From Bdellovibrionales bacterium (lineage in GTDB: Bacteria; Bdellovibrionota; Bdellovibrionia; Bdellovibrionales; JAGQZY01): a DNA stretch of 64,000 nucleotides. Under the pieces are notes generated by a model. That model was given only the letters and a program-made list of their open reading frames with translations, was not told where the DNA came from and ran no database searches. Location: contig JANPLN010000054.1 of NCBI GenBank assembly GCA_031426555.1, forward strand, positions 14,409-78,408. The letters are read 5' to 3'. A program made the translations under genes and the position numbers. This document shows, piece after piece, positions 38,240-46,916 of this stretch (position 1 is its first letter; each line of letters starts with the position of its first letter).

Positions 38240-38913
38240 AGCCCCATTTCAGTCAATTGTTTTTTAACTTCCTCTTGAATCTCATCTTCTTTAAAAGAGT
38301 TAAGAACTGTCTGATAAACATCAAGGGCATCATTTTTGCGATTTTGATCGGTATAAATATGCGCCATCACAATCATCGATTTTGCTGTCCATAAACTATC
38401 GGGAAATAGTTTAAGCATTTTCTCTGACCAGGAAAGTGCCTCTTGCTTGTTGCCTGTAATATAAAAACTACGAACGAGGTAATAGGAGGCTTCCAATTGC
38501 GCCGACGAATCTGGAAACTGGGAAACAGTCCCCAGGAATTTTGCAATTGCATTGTCGTATTCGCCTTTTAAAAATGCGTCTTTTCCCGATTGAAACATGG
38601 ACTGCGAAGCGAGGGTAATATTTTTGTTTTCTTGGATGCGATGAGGGATAACGCTCGCCAAATCTCTTAACCCTTGATTGTTGGAAAAATCTTTTTGATC
38701 TCCCATGGCCAGCGCGACTTCTTGTTTAAAATTGTAAAGCCTTGCCAGGACAAGTTCTGATTTTAGTTTTTCCTGCATCACTTTTTTGGATAATAAACCG
38801 ACTTTGCTTTGCAGCTCTTTGTCGTACGAAAATTCCTGTTCTCCCCGCCATAGCGCAAAGCACGCGCATATCGTCATCAATAGACTTGCATAAACAGAAG
38901 ATGGCATTCTCAT
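38236..38913 (-). CDS. Membrane-anchored TPR protein (CpoB/BamD-like repeats)
   Basis: N-terminal TM, coiled coil, TPRs ending FPDS. Confidence 0.8.
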   Translation of the reverse strand: MRMPSSVYASLLMTICACFALWRGEQEFSYDKELQSKVGLLSKKVMQEKLKSELVLARLYNFKQEVALAMGDQKDFSNNQGLRDLASVIPHRIQENKNITLASQSMFQSGKDAFLKGEYDNAIAKFLGTVSQFPDSSAQLEASYYLVRSFYITGNKQEALSWSEKMLKLFPDSLWTAKSMIVMAHIYTDQNRKNDALDVYQTVLNSFKEDEIQEEVKKQLTEMGL

Positions 38914-38920
38914 ACTTCTT

Positions 38921-38948
38921 TTATCGGCGATTTAAGCTATGAACTTTA
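38921..38948 (-). promoter_or_regulatory. Sigma28 (FliA)-type promoter
   Basis: Minus strand TAAA-N16-GCCGATAA, 7 nt before ATG 38913. Confidence 0.75.
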
Positions 38949-38964
38949 TTGCAGAATTGTTTTT

Positions 38965-40431
38965 TTAGTCGAGGTCCTGAGCCAATTTTAAAAGCTTTTT
39001 GTACTCGATTGACACCTCTTGCAAAGTCCATTCTTTTGAGGGACCGCGGCCATTCATAATCTGTGACCGAAGGTCCTGGCTCCGCTCATGCAACTGGTGT
39101 GTAACAGACGTAAGTCGCTTGTACAAATCGGGATAGAGCCTCTCGGACTTGCTATCTGCTAGCACAGACTGATGCAGCGTTTGGACTTTGGTCGCCCAGG
39201 CCTCAATTTGAGTTTTTTGTGAAGGTTTCTTTTTGCCCTTTGTCGGTTTTAAAATTTTATCTACTTCGAGAGCCAAGTTTAAACCTTTTTGGGAGTTATA
39301 AAACAGAAAAAGTCTTTCTGAATTAAAAAAATACGCTTTCTGCTTGGTAGTCATTTGTGCAAATTCTGAAATCTTTTTTGTTTCCTTAGCCGGTAACACC
39401 ACTGGCTCTTCGACCTTCTGCACCTTTGCAACTGACACCGTTTCAATGACTTTTTTACGCGGACGCTGAGTGACTGTAGCCACGGGTTCAAAGGTCATTT
39501 TTAGCGCACGCGTCTGGTGAGCACGATAAGCTTTGAGACCAAAGAAAACGACGAGTGTTCCGCCACACAAGAAAATAAACATGGCCACGGCCGAGGCTAC
39601 TGAGGACCATCGCTGCTTGGCAACCTCGAGCTGTTCTTTTTTAACCGGATCTTTTTGCGGCTTCGCTAATTTTTCTTTTCCCTCGCCATCGTCCTTGCGG
39701 CGTCGACGAGGCTCGTTGGGCGCCGACACTTCTGATTGTGGCTCCGTTCGGTCTTCTTGTGGCTTTTCTGATGTCTTCTCTGATGTCTTCTCTGGTAATT
39801 TCTCTGGCAATTTCTCTGCCATTTTGGCTTCGCGCACTTTTACTTTCGGAGGGGGCTCAACTTGCCATTTTTCTTTGGCCAAATCTTCACCGCTCGCTTC
39901 AGCAGGTTTTGGTTCAACGGGCAAAAGTTTAATCTTTCGAGTCGGTTTAAAAAATTGCGTGGGCTTTGCAGCGAGTTCTTCCACTTTCGGTTTTTCGTAA
40001 ATGGACATATCGACGCGAACCGAAGATTCCAAGGGGTTTTCTAATTTGTCGAGATGCCCCAGTGGGACCCAGTTTTCATAGCCAGTTCGCCACACGAAAT
40101 CGGTGAATTTCACTTTTCCTTTGTCGATCAACTGCAAAACTTGTTCAATCGTAAACGGACCAATTTGGTCGTATTGATTTCGTCCATCCACTTCGATGGT
40201 TCGCAAAACGACCCAGTCGGCATCAACTTTAAATTCGGTACCAGCTGTTTTAACCAACCCAGTAATTTCTAAAAAATGCTCTGCCGGCATCCACTGCCCG
40301 TCGCCTTCTTTAAAAACCAAGTCCATCAAACTCAGTTCGCCATCTTGAATTTTTTTAACAAGCTCTAAGGTGGAGATGGGTCCTTCGGCTTTTCCATGAT
40401 TTTCATAATACCAACGCGATTTAGACTCCAT
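38965..40431 (-). CDS. Tandem GYF_2 (DUF4339) domain membrane protein
   Basis: Start MESKS at 40431; WYY…EGPIS…LVFKEG..QW and QIGPF…FVWRTGYENW; charged linker with 12-bp repeats; one TM. Confidence 0.85.
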   Translation of the reverse strand: MESKSRWYYENHGKAEGPISTLELVKKIQDGELSLMDLVFKEGDGQWMPAEHFLEITGLVKTAGTEFKVDADWVVLRTIEVDGRNQYDQIGPFTIEQVLQLIDKGKVKFTDFVWRTGYENWVPLGHLDKLENPLESSVRVDMSIYEKPKVEELAAKPTQFFKPTRKIKLLPVEPKPAEASGEDLAKEKWQVEPPPKVKVREAKMAEKLPEKLPEKTSEKTSEKPQEDRTEPQSEVSAPNEPRRRRKDDGEGKEKLAKPQKDPVKKEQLEVAKQRWSSVASAVAMFIFLCGGTLVVFFGLKAYRAHQTRALKMTFEPVATVTQRPRKKVIETVSVAKVQKVEEPVVLPAKETKKISEFAQMTTKQKAYFFNSERLFLFYNSQKGLNLALEVDKILKPTKGKKKPSQKTQIEAWATKVQTLHQSVLADSKSERLYPDLYKRLTSVTHQLHERSQDLRSQIMNGRGPSKEWTLQEVSIEYKKLLKLAQDLD

Positions 40432-42028
40432 GAATTTCTCCCAGCTCCAGCTTATCAATTTCTTGCAAAACTTGAACATAGAATTTTTGAAAATGGACTT
40501 GTGCGACGGGGTGTCGAAGCCAAGTGTCTAGACGGCTCCGCGACAGACGTCCAGTTTTGTGTAATTGGTGGATTTTTTCACCAAGCATGGAACCCAAAAT
40601 CTGAGCCGCTCCGCTGTAAATCACCACGTCGTCCTTATTTAAATTCCCACCGACGTCGCTAACTCCTACACTGAGCTCTTTATTGTAACTCATTAAGAGT
40701 TCGCGCATTTTTTGATCGAGAGCTAATTTTAAGACGATCTCGCCACGATCCTTTGGCGAAAATGCCGCCAGTCGCTTCTTGAGATCGTTCATACTGGGCG
40801 GTTTGCGATGGGGATTGATAAGTTTACTCAAAAAAAACGAAACAGCATCTAACCAAATTCTTTTTTCAAAATCCATAGGAAATTCACGCAAGCCTTCTGT
40901 TAAGCCGCACAACTTGGCATGAAATATCTGCCCCGCAAGTTGAGCCGCGTAATTCACTGTGCCGCGAGCTAAATAGGCTCGTCGAGTTTTGGGATCAAAG
41001 AAATTCATGTCATTTTCAACAAATTTCTTAGCCATCAAATAATCATTCGCGCTCAATACTTCGTGCCAAATTTCCAAAAAATCATGATCGCGGAAGGACG
41101 ACACCGAAAAATCAATTTCTTCTTTGCGACCCAAATCCATGGACAAAATTTGTAAAAGCGACTGCAAATGCTCTGAGTAATCCGCGGCATCGTCGCCTAA
41201 CAGCGCATCGGTATTTTCCTCGAGAAACAGCAGGTAACTCTGCCACTTGACCCAAGGGGGTGATTCTAAAAGACAAAATTCGTTCTTATTAAACTGGATC
41301 ACGTTGATCTGGTTTTCGAGATTTTTTTTATAAATCTGAAAATAAATTTTTTCGGGATTTAAAAACAAGGTCACACTGGACACTTTGACCTTTAATTTTT
41401 TTTGCACACAGTCTGGTAGTCGTTCCTTGGCGATGTGCAGATCTCCATAAATAACATATATTTTTTCATCACCTTGTAAGCTTTTAAATGTATGGGCCAA
41501 ACGACTTGCCGCATGCCGGTCCCGTTGCACAAGCCCGCTTAGCGTGGATGCTGTCTTGAGATTGAGCGCCACGCAACGGCCTTTTTGTTGGCGCACTAAA
41601 TCAAATAACGGTTTGTAGTGTTCCCAGGGAAAACCCCAGTTTTTTGACCATTTGATTCTTCTTAAAAAAGCGGCATCCTCCATGTCCCCCGCGATAAAAC
41701 GATCGAGTACTTTTTGGTACTTGCTCTCGATGCATTCCACCGCCAAAACAACTTTGTCTCGGCGATAAAGATCGCGCAAAAATCGCAAATGGACGCGCTG
41801 GGCTTGTGCAAAGGCATGAAAGTCCCCGCCATAGATAATTTGGGATCTCTGCATTTTTTCGGAAACGATCTGAAGGGAAGAGGCTTTCCAGCGCGCGCGC
41901 TCGATGTCTTTCTTGTAGGCAAGTGCATAGCGACGCACCCCTTTAGGCTCCTCGCCCAAATACATCCTGACGTGAAGCTTAATTTTTTGCAGGATATCCC
42001 AGCGAATTTGGAAGCTGTCCGTCAACAT
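40421..42028 (-). CDS. ChaN/EreA-like (haem-binding uptake, TIKI superfamily) domain protein with C-terminal extension
   Basis: Start at 42028 after GAGGAG; IIYGGDFH, VVLAVEC, WGFPWEHYKPLF, QRDRHAA, GDLH; no signal peptide. Confidence 0.7.
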   Translation of the reverse strand: MLTDSFQIRWDILQKIKLHVRMYLGEEPKGVRRYALAYKKDIERARWKASSLQIVSEKMQRSQIIYGGDFHAFAQAQRVHLRFLRDLYRRDKVVLAVECIESKYQKVLDRFIAGDMEDAAFLRRIKWSKNWGFPWEHYKPLFDLVRQQKGRCVALNLKTASTLSGLVQRDRHAASRLAHTFKSLQGDEKIYVIYGDLHIAKERLPDCVQKKLKVKVSSVTLFLNPEKIYFQIYKKNLENQINVIQFNKNEFCLLESPPWVKWQSYLLFLEENTDALLGDDAADYSEHLQSLLQILSMDLGRKEEIDFSVSSFRDHDFLEIWHEVLSANDYLMAKKFVENDMNFFDPKTRRAYLARGTVNYAAQLAGQIFHAKLCGLTEGLREFPMDFEKRIWLDAVSFFLSKLINPHRKPPSMNDLKKRLAAFSPKDRGEIVLKLALDQKMRELLMSYNKELSVGVSDVGGNLNKDDVVIYSGAAQILGSMLGEKIHQLHKTGRLSRSRLDTWLRHPVAQVHFQKFYVQVLQEIDKLELGEIHGV

Positions 42029-42163
42029 TTCGCTCCTCAACGGCACTCCACTGTTAAAATTGATTCGTCTAAAGTTATGTCGCTTAAGATTGCAAGGCTA
42101 AAAAACTCGGTATACATTGGAAACACTTTAGACATCTTTATCTTAGATTAAGGAAGGCCTGTT

Positions 42164-43339
42164 ATGGACTCAAGTAAAATCACACACAAGACCTCGCTTC
42201 TTACGATTATCAGCTTACTCGCGTCTCTGGGTGTCCACCTTTACCTCATTCAGCAGCACATTATGACAAAATACACCATGGGTGAGGCCAGCTCCCTGTG
42301 TAACATTAATTCTTTCTTAAACTGTGGCTCCTCCATCGCGAGCTCCTACTCTGAGTTTTTGGGAACACCGCTTTCACTTTTTGCCATGGTCACTCACCTT
42401 TTGATTCTCTTTTTCTACTTAAAAATCTTTCTGAGCGAATCGGCGCCGGAGCAAAAGAAGAACCGATCGCTGGCCCTCTGCTTGGCCGCCTTTTCGTTTG
42501 CGGCAAGCCTTGTAATGGCCGGGATCTCATTGGTTGTTTTAAAAAGCCTCTGCCCCTTCTGTACCGTGGCCTACGTGCTGTCGCTTATTACACTCTTGGG
42601 AATTTGGAAAACGTCGGCAGACAACAAGCTGCCAGACGTCCCTGGGATCCTTAAACCTCTTGTGGTGAGCGGTATTTTAATTGTAGCGGTTGGTTGGGCG
42701 TCGGGAAAAGTTTTTTTACGCAAATACAAGCACCCCGATTTTGATCAAATCACAATGTTGCAGATTCAGAAATGGGCGAGCCAACCCGATCAAACCATTG
42801 CACTAGTTGCGCCACAAAAGTTTGGACCCGACTCGGCAAAGATGAAGATCATCGAGTTTGCCGACTTTTTATGCCCTCACTGTAAATTCGCCTATGCCAA
42901 GCTCCACACCTTTGCTAAGGCCAACGGCGATGTTCAAATCATTTTTCAGACATGGCCTTTGGATGCCTGTGCCCCCGTCGGAGACAGTGTGGGACGGCGC
43001 TGTGAGTTGGCAAAGATTTCCTACTGCGCCAACCAGCAGGGGCTGGGCGACGAAGCGCAGGGATATATTTTTGCAATGCAGGAAATACTCAGTGGATTAC
43101 CAGACTTGAAACCAGAGGTTCAAGTCATGAGTCAAAAGCTTTCTCTCAACTCTGAAAACATGTTCAGCTGTTTGGCAAATCCGCAAACCTTGGCAGATGT
43201 TAAAGCTCAGGTTGAACTTGGAAAAAGTCTCGGCATCGAAGGTACACCCACAGTATTTATTAATAACAAACTCTTCCCGGGCGGCGCACACATTCCTGCT
43301 CTACAGGAAGTTTACAAAAAGATTCAATCAGGCCAGTAA
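42164..43339 (+). CDS. VKOR–DsbA/thioredoxin fusion (disulfide bond formation)
   Basis: VKOR CNINSFLNC and CPFC in TM region; thioredoxin CPHC and GTPT. Confidence 0.92.
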   Translation: MDSSKITHKTSLLTIISLLASLGVHLYLIQQHIMTKYTMGEASSLCNINSFLNCGSSIASSYSEFLGTPLSLFAMVTHLLILFFYLKIFLSESAPEQKKNRSLALCLAAFSFAASLVMAGISLVVLKSLCPFCTVAYVLSLITLLGIWKTSADNKLPDVPGILKPLVVSGILIVAVGWASGKVFLRKYKHPDFDQITMLQIQKWASQPDQTIALVAPQKFGPDSAKMKIIEFADFLCPHCKFAYAKLHTFAKANGDVQIIFQTWPLDACAPVGDSVGRRCELAKISYCANQQGLGDEAQGYIFAMQEILSGLPDLKPEVQVMSQKLSLNSENMFSCLANPQTLADVKAQVELGKSLGIEGTPTVFINNKLFPGGAHIPALQEVYKKIQSGQ

Positions 43340-43929
43340 AAGTCGAAATACTGAAACAAATCTCTGAAAGAGAATGTGTCAGTGTACATGGCATTTACAA
43401 AAATGGTGTACGCCACAAATACTGCAAGGAAACTATAAAAGCTGGCTTTAAAAAAATAAATGGTGCTGCTGAGATCACTCGCTCGTACACTTTTTTGCAC
43501 TTTTTCAATGGTCATCAGGGTTTTTTTAAGATCAATGAAATGTTCGGCGATACGATCAGATAGTTCTTTTTGCTTGGACTTATTGATGTGGGGCGACTTC
43601 CCCACTTCGTGCTTTGTTTTAATTGCCACAACCAGACCTTTGGCGTGCTCGACAAAACGCCGCGACCGCACAACGAAAGCTGGAAACTCCTCGAATCCAC
43701 TGTAAACGTTTTCCAGTTCTTTTTGGGCGCGATCGTAATGACCGTGGACAACCGAAGACAGCACCACATAGCCAAAAGAAAGATTGCGGTTCCCGCCATC
43801 CCTTTCGATCAGTGCAGAAAGTCTTTTCTCTAAACCCTTGAAATCAAACGACGGATTTGCTCCTCCTGTCGACGAAGTCAGGGAGTTTCCGTGTGATGAA
43901 CTGGAATTTGTTTTACGGGCAGCATCCAT
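43324..43929 (-). CDS. Hypothetical helical protein with C-terminal TM
   Basis: 201 aa ORF preceded by a sigma28-type promoter. Confidence 0.75.
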   Translation of the reverse strand: MDAARKTNSSSSHGNSLTSSTGGANPSFDFKGLEKRLSALIERDGGNRNLSFGYVVLSSVVHGHYDRAQKELENVYSGFEEFPAFVVRSRRFVEHAKGLVVAIKTKHEVGKSPHINKSKQKELSDRIAEHFIDLKKTLMTIEKVQKSVRASDLSSTIYFFKASFYSFLAVFVAYTIFVNAMYTDTFSFRDLFQYFDFYWPD

Positions 43930-43936
43930 GCAGTTT

Positions 43937-43964
43937 GTATCGGTTTTTTGCAGAAACTCCTTTA
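43937..43964 (-). promoter_or_regulatory. Sigma28 (FliA)-type promoter
   Basis: Minus strand TAAA-N16-ACCGATAC, 7 nt before ATG 43929. Confidence 0.65.
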
Positions 43965-44084
43965 ACTTTCAGGCTCATTGAGGCATCGCATTATAAATGT
44001 AAACTATGGACATACGTCTGCGATGCGGACCACAATTAAGTATGAAGCCGTATGGATGCGCTTCAATGTTTTCACGGAGGAAAT

Positions 44085-45167
44085 ATGTCCGAACAGGATA
44101 AAAACGAATTTGTTCCAGTTCCCTTACCTTTTCAAATTCCTGAACCTCCGGATCTATCCAAAGTTCCGCTGAGTGTTATTCATTCAGCTACGGTCGAAAC
44201 ACTTATTTCGCAAACCGAAGATCTTTCAGCTCGCCTCAAGGTGCAGATTCGCCGCAATGCTGTGCTCGAGCGCAGAGCCATAGAACTCGAAGAAACTCTC
44301 AAAACGACCGACAAAGATTTACAAACCATCAAGCGACAGCAAGAGATTTTGCAGGAAAAAGACTCCACCCACGTCGAAAAAATTCATACATTGCAAAGCA
44401 ACTTGGAAATGCAAAAAAAGGAACTGGATCTTTTAGAAACCCGCTATTCAGAGAGTCATAGTTTAAGCCAACGGCGCGACGATGAGGCCAAAAACACTCA
44501 GCAAGAGTTGCAAACCAAAATAAAAGACCTCGAGCGACTTTTGCCTTTGGAGAAAGAAAATTTTGTTTTACAGGACGAGAATTCTTTTTTAAAAAAGAAA
44601 ATCGAAGAGCTCTGCAATTACCTGCAAAAAAAGGAAGAAGAATTTAAGGAAGCGCGAAATCTTCTGCAATTAAAAACTGAAAATGTAACTCAACTTGAGC
44701 AAGCAGTGGCGTCGCTGCAACAGCAAGTTGAAATGAATCGGAAAGCTATCGAAGAAAAAACGGAGCTCGAAAATCAGCTCATTCTGAAAGAACGCGAAAA
44801 AGAACACGCCACGTCCCACCTCACAAACGAAGTGATGACTCATCGACAAGAGCTGAAGAATTTACAACTGATCACCAAAAACATGTCCACTGAAAAAATG
44901 CAGCTCTCGATGCAGCTCAAATCCTGCGAGGAGACGATCAATACGCTTTCGAAAGACAACGCTGAGCTTGATAAACAAATCGAAAATTTGCAAAACCTTT
45001 GGTACAAACTTCAAGCCGAACATGAAAAAGAAAAAATCAAAACCAACGCCCTCACAAAGCTCAACCGCGAGCTTTCGGTGGAGCTTCAGAGATCGAAGTC
45101 TTCAACCAGCTACGAGGATGATTTTTTGAAAAAATATATTACCAACGGAAAAAATATCGAAGTTTAG
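44085..45167 (+). CDS. Coiled-coil protein
   Basis: Start MSEQD at 44085 after GGAGG; Pro-rich N-terminus then continuous heptads. Confidence 0.8.
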   Translation: MSEQDKNEFVPVPLPFQIPEPPDLSKVPLSVIHSATVETLISQTEDLSARLKVQIRRNAVLERRAIELEETLKTTDKDLQTIKRQQEILQEKDSTHVEKIHTLQSNLEMQKKELDLLETRYSESHSLSQRRDDEAKNTQQELQTKIKDLERLLPLEKENFVLQDENSFLKKKIEELCNYLQKKEEEFKEARNLLQLKTENVTQLEQAVASLQQQVEMNRKAIEEKTELENQLILKEREKEHATSHLTNEVMTHRQELKNLQLITKNMSTEKMQLSMQLKSCEETINTLSKDNAELDKQIENLQNLWYKLQAEHEKEKIKTNALTKLNRELSVELQRSKSSTSYEDDFLKKYITNGKNIEV

Positions 45168-46351
45168 TACTTAGCAATTGGCAGCGCTTCTGGCTGCGGC
45201 GTAGACAAGAGCATTTGCTTTTTCATCTGTGTCGCCGCTAAGGCGTAACCACCATCGCTGCCATCGACAAAATGAATGTGCCCGCCCGCATCTGTGGACT
45301 TCACAAAACAGGTCATTAAAGCTGTCGGCGATAAATGCATGCCGTAAAACAAAAGACCCAGTTTATTTTTCTCCTGCAGAATTTCCTGAATTTGTGCAAC
45401 CATACTTTCTGAACAATCAATGACCATTCTGAGCACAGAGTCATATTTTCTAAAATCTGAATTTACGGGTAAACTCTGCTTGTAAGACCGCATGTCAAAA
45501 TTTTTAACTTTCCACCCTGTCCACAAAAGGAGCTGTGCCACGCAAATTTCCAGGACGATTTTAAGTCGTTCCCACAAAGAATGCCGACCGAAACGACCGA
45601 TAATTTTAAGCTCAAGCTTTGAACATTCGGAGGTACTTGCTGCCGCTAAGTTTTTCACCTTGATAGGATGCGAAAGTGGTGAATTGAAATCGACAATGCG
45701 GTGAATTTTTCGCGCGACATCCCGCAAGACTTGCTGGGCTTCTCCCTTTTCGGTGGATTTGATCATCATTGAAAGCATGTGTCCACGGTCACAATAAAGT
45801 GGAGCCCAACGACACGACAGTCCAGCCATGGCTTCGGCGGAATCTTGCACCGGGCCGGGCGCTAGAAGTCCTTCGCCAGACTTCACAAGCTTCTCGGCGA
45901 TATCAAATCCGTCGCCTCTAAAAAAAGCTAACGACGGCCCCCCCGGTAACTCATACCGACCGACCATGACGTCATGACCACTCTCCCGCAAGTTTTTTAC
46001 GGACACAAAACCCACTCGCAAGTGCATATCAAACTGCTCTTTTGCGATCTGCTGAGCAGCTCGTAAAGCTTTTTCCACCGCATCTTTTTGCGACTCATGA
46101 ATGAGAGCCGTTGCACCATCGCCACCAAAAACAAAAGGAAAGATGTCTCCATGCAGAGCATTTGAAACGGCCACTATGCTCGAGGCTCCCACCATATTGA
46201 CTTGTTTATATCGTCCTTGCCTGATGGCGTCGGTGGAATTTTGCACGTCAGTGATTAGCAAAAGCCAATCCAAAGGCACCGCTCGGTAAAAAGCGTCCTG
46301 ATCAAAATCTAGAAAATCTTGGATGGGCCGCATTTCTGAGAAAAAATTCAA
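45164..46351 (-). CDS. DUF3095 family protein (nucleotide-cyclase-like palm motifs)
   Basis: ITDVQNST.AI..GRYK.VN, FVFGGDGAT, GLSCRW, SDFRKYD..LRMVID, HIHFVDGSDGGYALAA. Confidence 0.85.
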   Translation of the reverse strand: MNFFSEMRPIQDFLDFDQDAFYRAVPLDWLLLITDVQNSTDAIRQGRYKQVNMVGASSIVAVSNALHGDIFPFVFGGDGATALIHESQKDAVEKALRAAQQIAKEQFDMHLRVGFVSVKNLRESGHDVMVGRYELPGGPSLAFFRGDGFDIAEKLVKSGEGLLAPGPVQDSAEAMAGLSCRWAPLYCDRGHMLSMMIKSTEKGEAQQVLRDVARKIHRIVDFNSPLSHPIKVKNLAAASTSECSKLELKIIGRFGRHSLWERLKIVLEICVAQLLLWTGWKVKNFDMRSYKQSLPVNSDFRKYDSVLRMVIDCSESMVAQIQEILQEKNKLGLLFYGMHLSPTALMTCFVKSTDAGGHIHFVDGSDGGYALAATQMKKQMLLSTPQPEALPIAKY

Positions 46352-46401
46352 GCTGAAGACCTCAATGTTTTGATTTCCCGGTACTGCTTATAAAAAAGGC
46401 T

Positions 46402-46761
46402 CTAGCTTGCTGGCTCCGAAAGCACTTCGCTTAAAGACAAAATAGCGCCATTTTCGTCGCTAAAAATTTCTACATCGCGTAAAGGGCTCGCATTGAAGAT
46501 TTTTTGAAATTCTGCACTCACCTTGCAAAATTTGATCTGTACAGCTTCTTGGTCGCAAAGATCGTGGAGAGTCTCGACAAAAGGAATAATGCCATTAGAA
46601 CCGACAAAATTCAGCCCTTCTAGATTAAAAACCACTTTCGTATTTGCTTGCCCCAATGATTTGATACAGGCGTCGCGAAAAGGAATCGCCGTTTCAACAT
46701 CAATGAACCCCTTAAGATTCACAACTGTCACACCATTTCTGCGTTGTACTTTTGCTTCCAT
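46402..46761 (-). CDS. STAS-domain anti-sigma factor antagonist
   Basis: Start MEAKV at 46761; VVNLKGFID, FNLEGLNFVGSNGI. Confidence 0.88.
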   Translation of the reverse strand: MEAKVQRRNGVTVVNLKGFIDVETAIPFRDACIKSLGQANTKVVFNLEGLNFVGSNGIIPFVETLHDLCDQEAVQIKFCKVSAEFQKIFNASPLRDVEIFSDENGAILSLSEVLSEPAS

Positions 46762-46798
46762 TGAGCCCCCCCAAAAAACTGTACGTAAACGTCGTCTC

Positions 46799-46828
46799 AT
46801 TATAGCAAGAGTTTCCCCGACTTTTCAA
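46799..46828 (-). promoter_or_regulatory. Sigma70-type promoter of the STAS gene
   Basis: Minus strand TTGAAA-N18-TATAAT with extended TG. Confidence 0.55.
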
Positions 46829-46916
46829 AATGAGGCGTTAAGTCTGGCCTAAAGTGTCTCAAAACGGCACAAAAGTAGGTGATTTTGGCGGGAGTCCTGG
46901 GTTAGGCTAAATCTCC

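Noticed and set aside
39764..39818. 12-bp repeats encoding EKLPEKLPEKTSEKTSEK
   Set aside because: Ordinary slippage in a disordered linker; noted under the CDS only.
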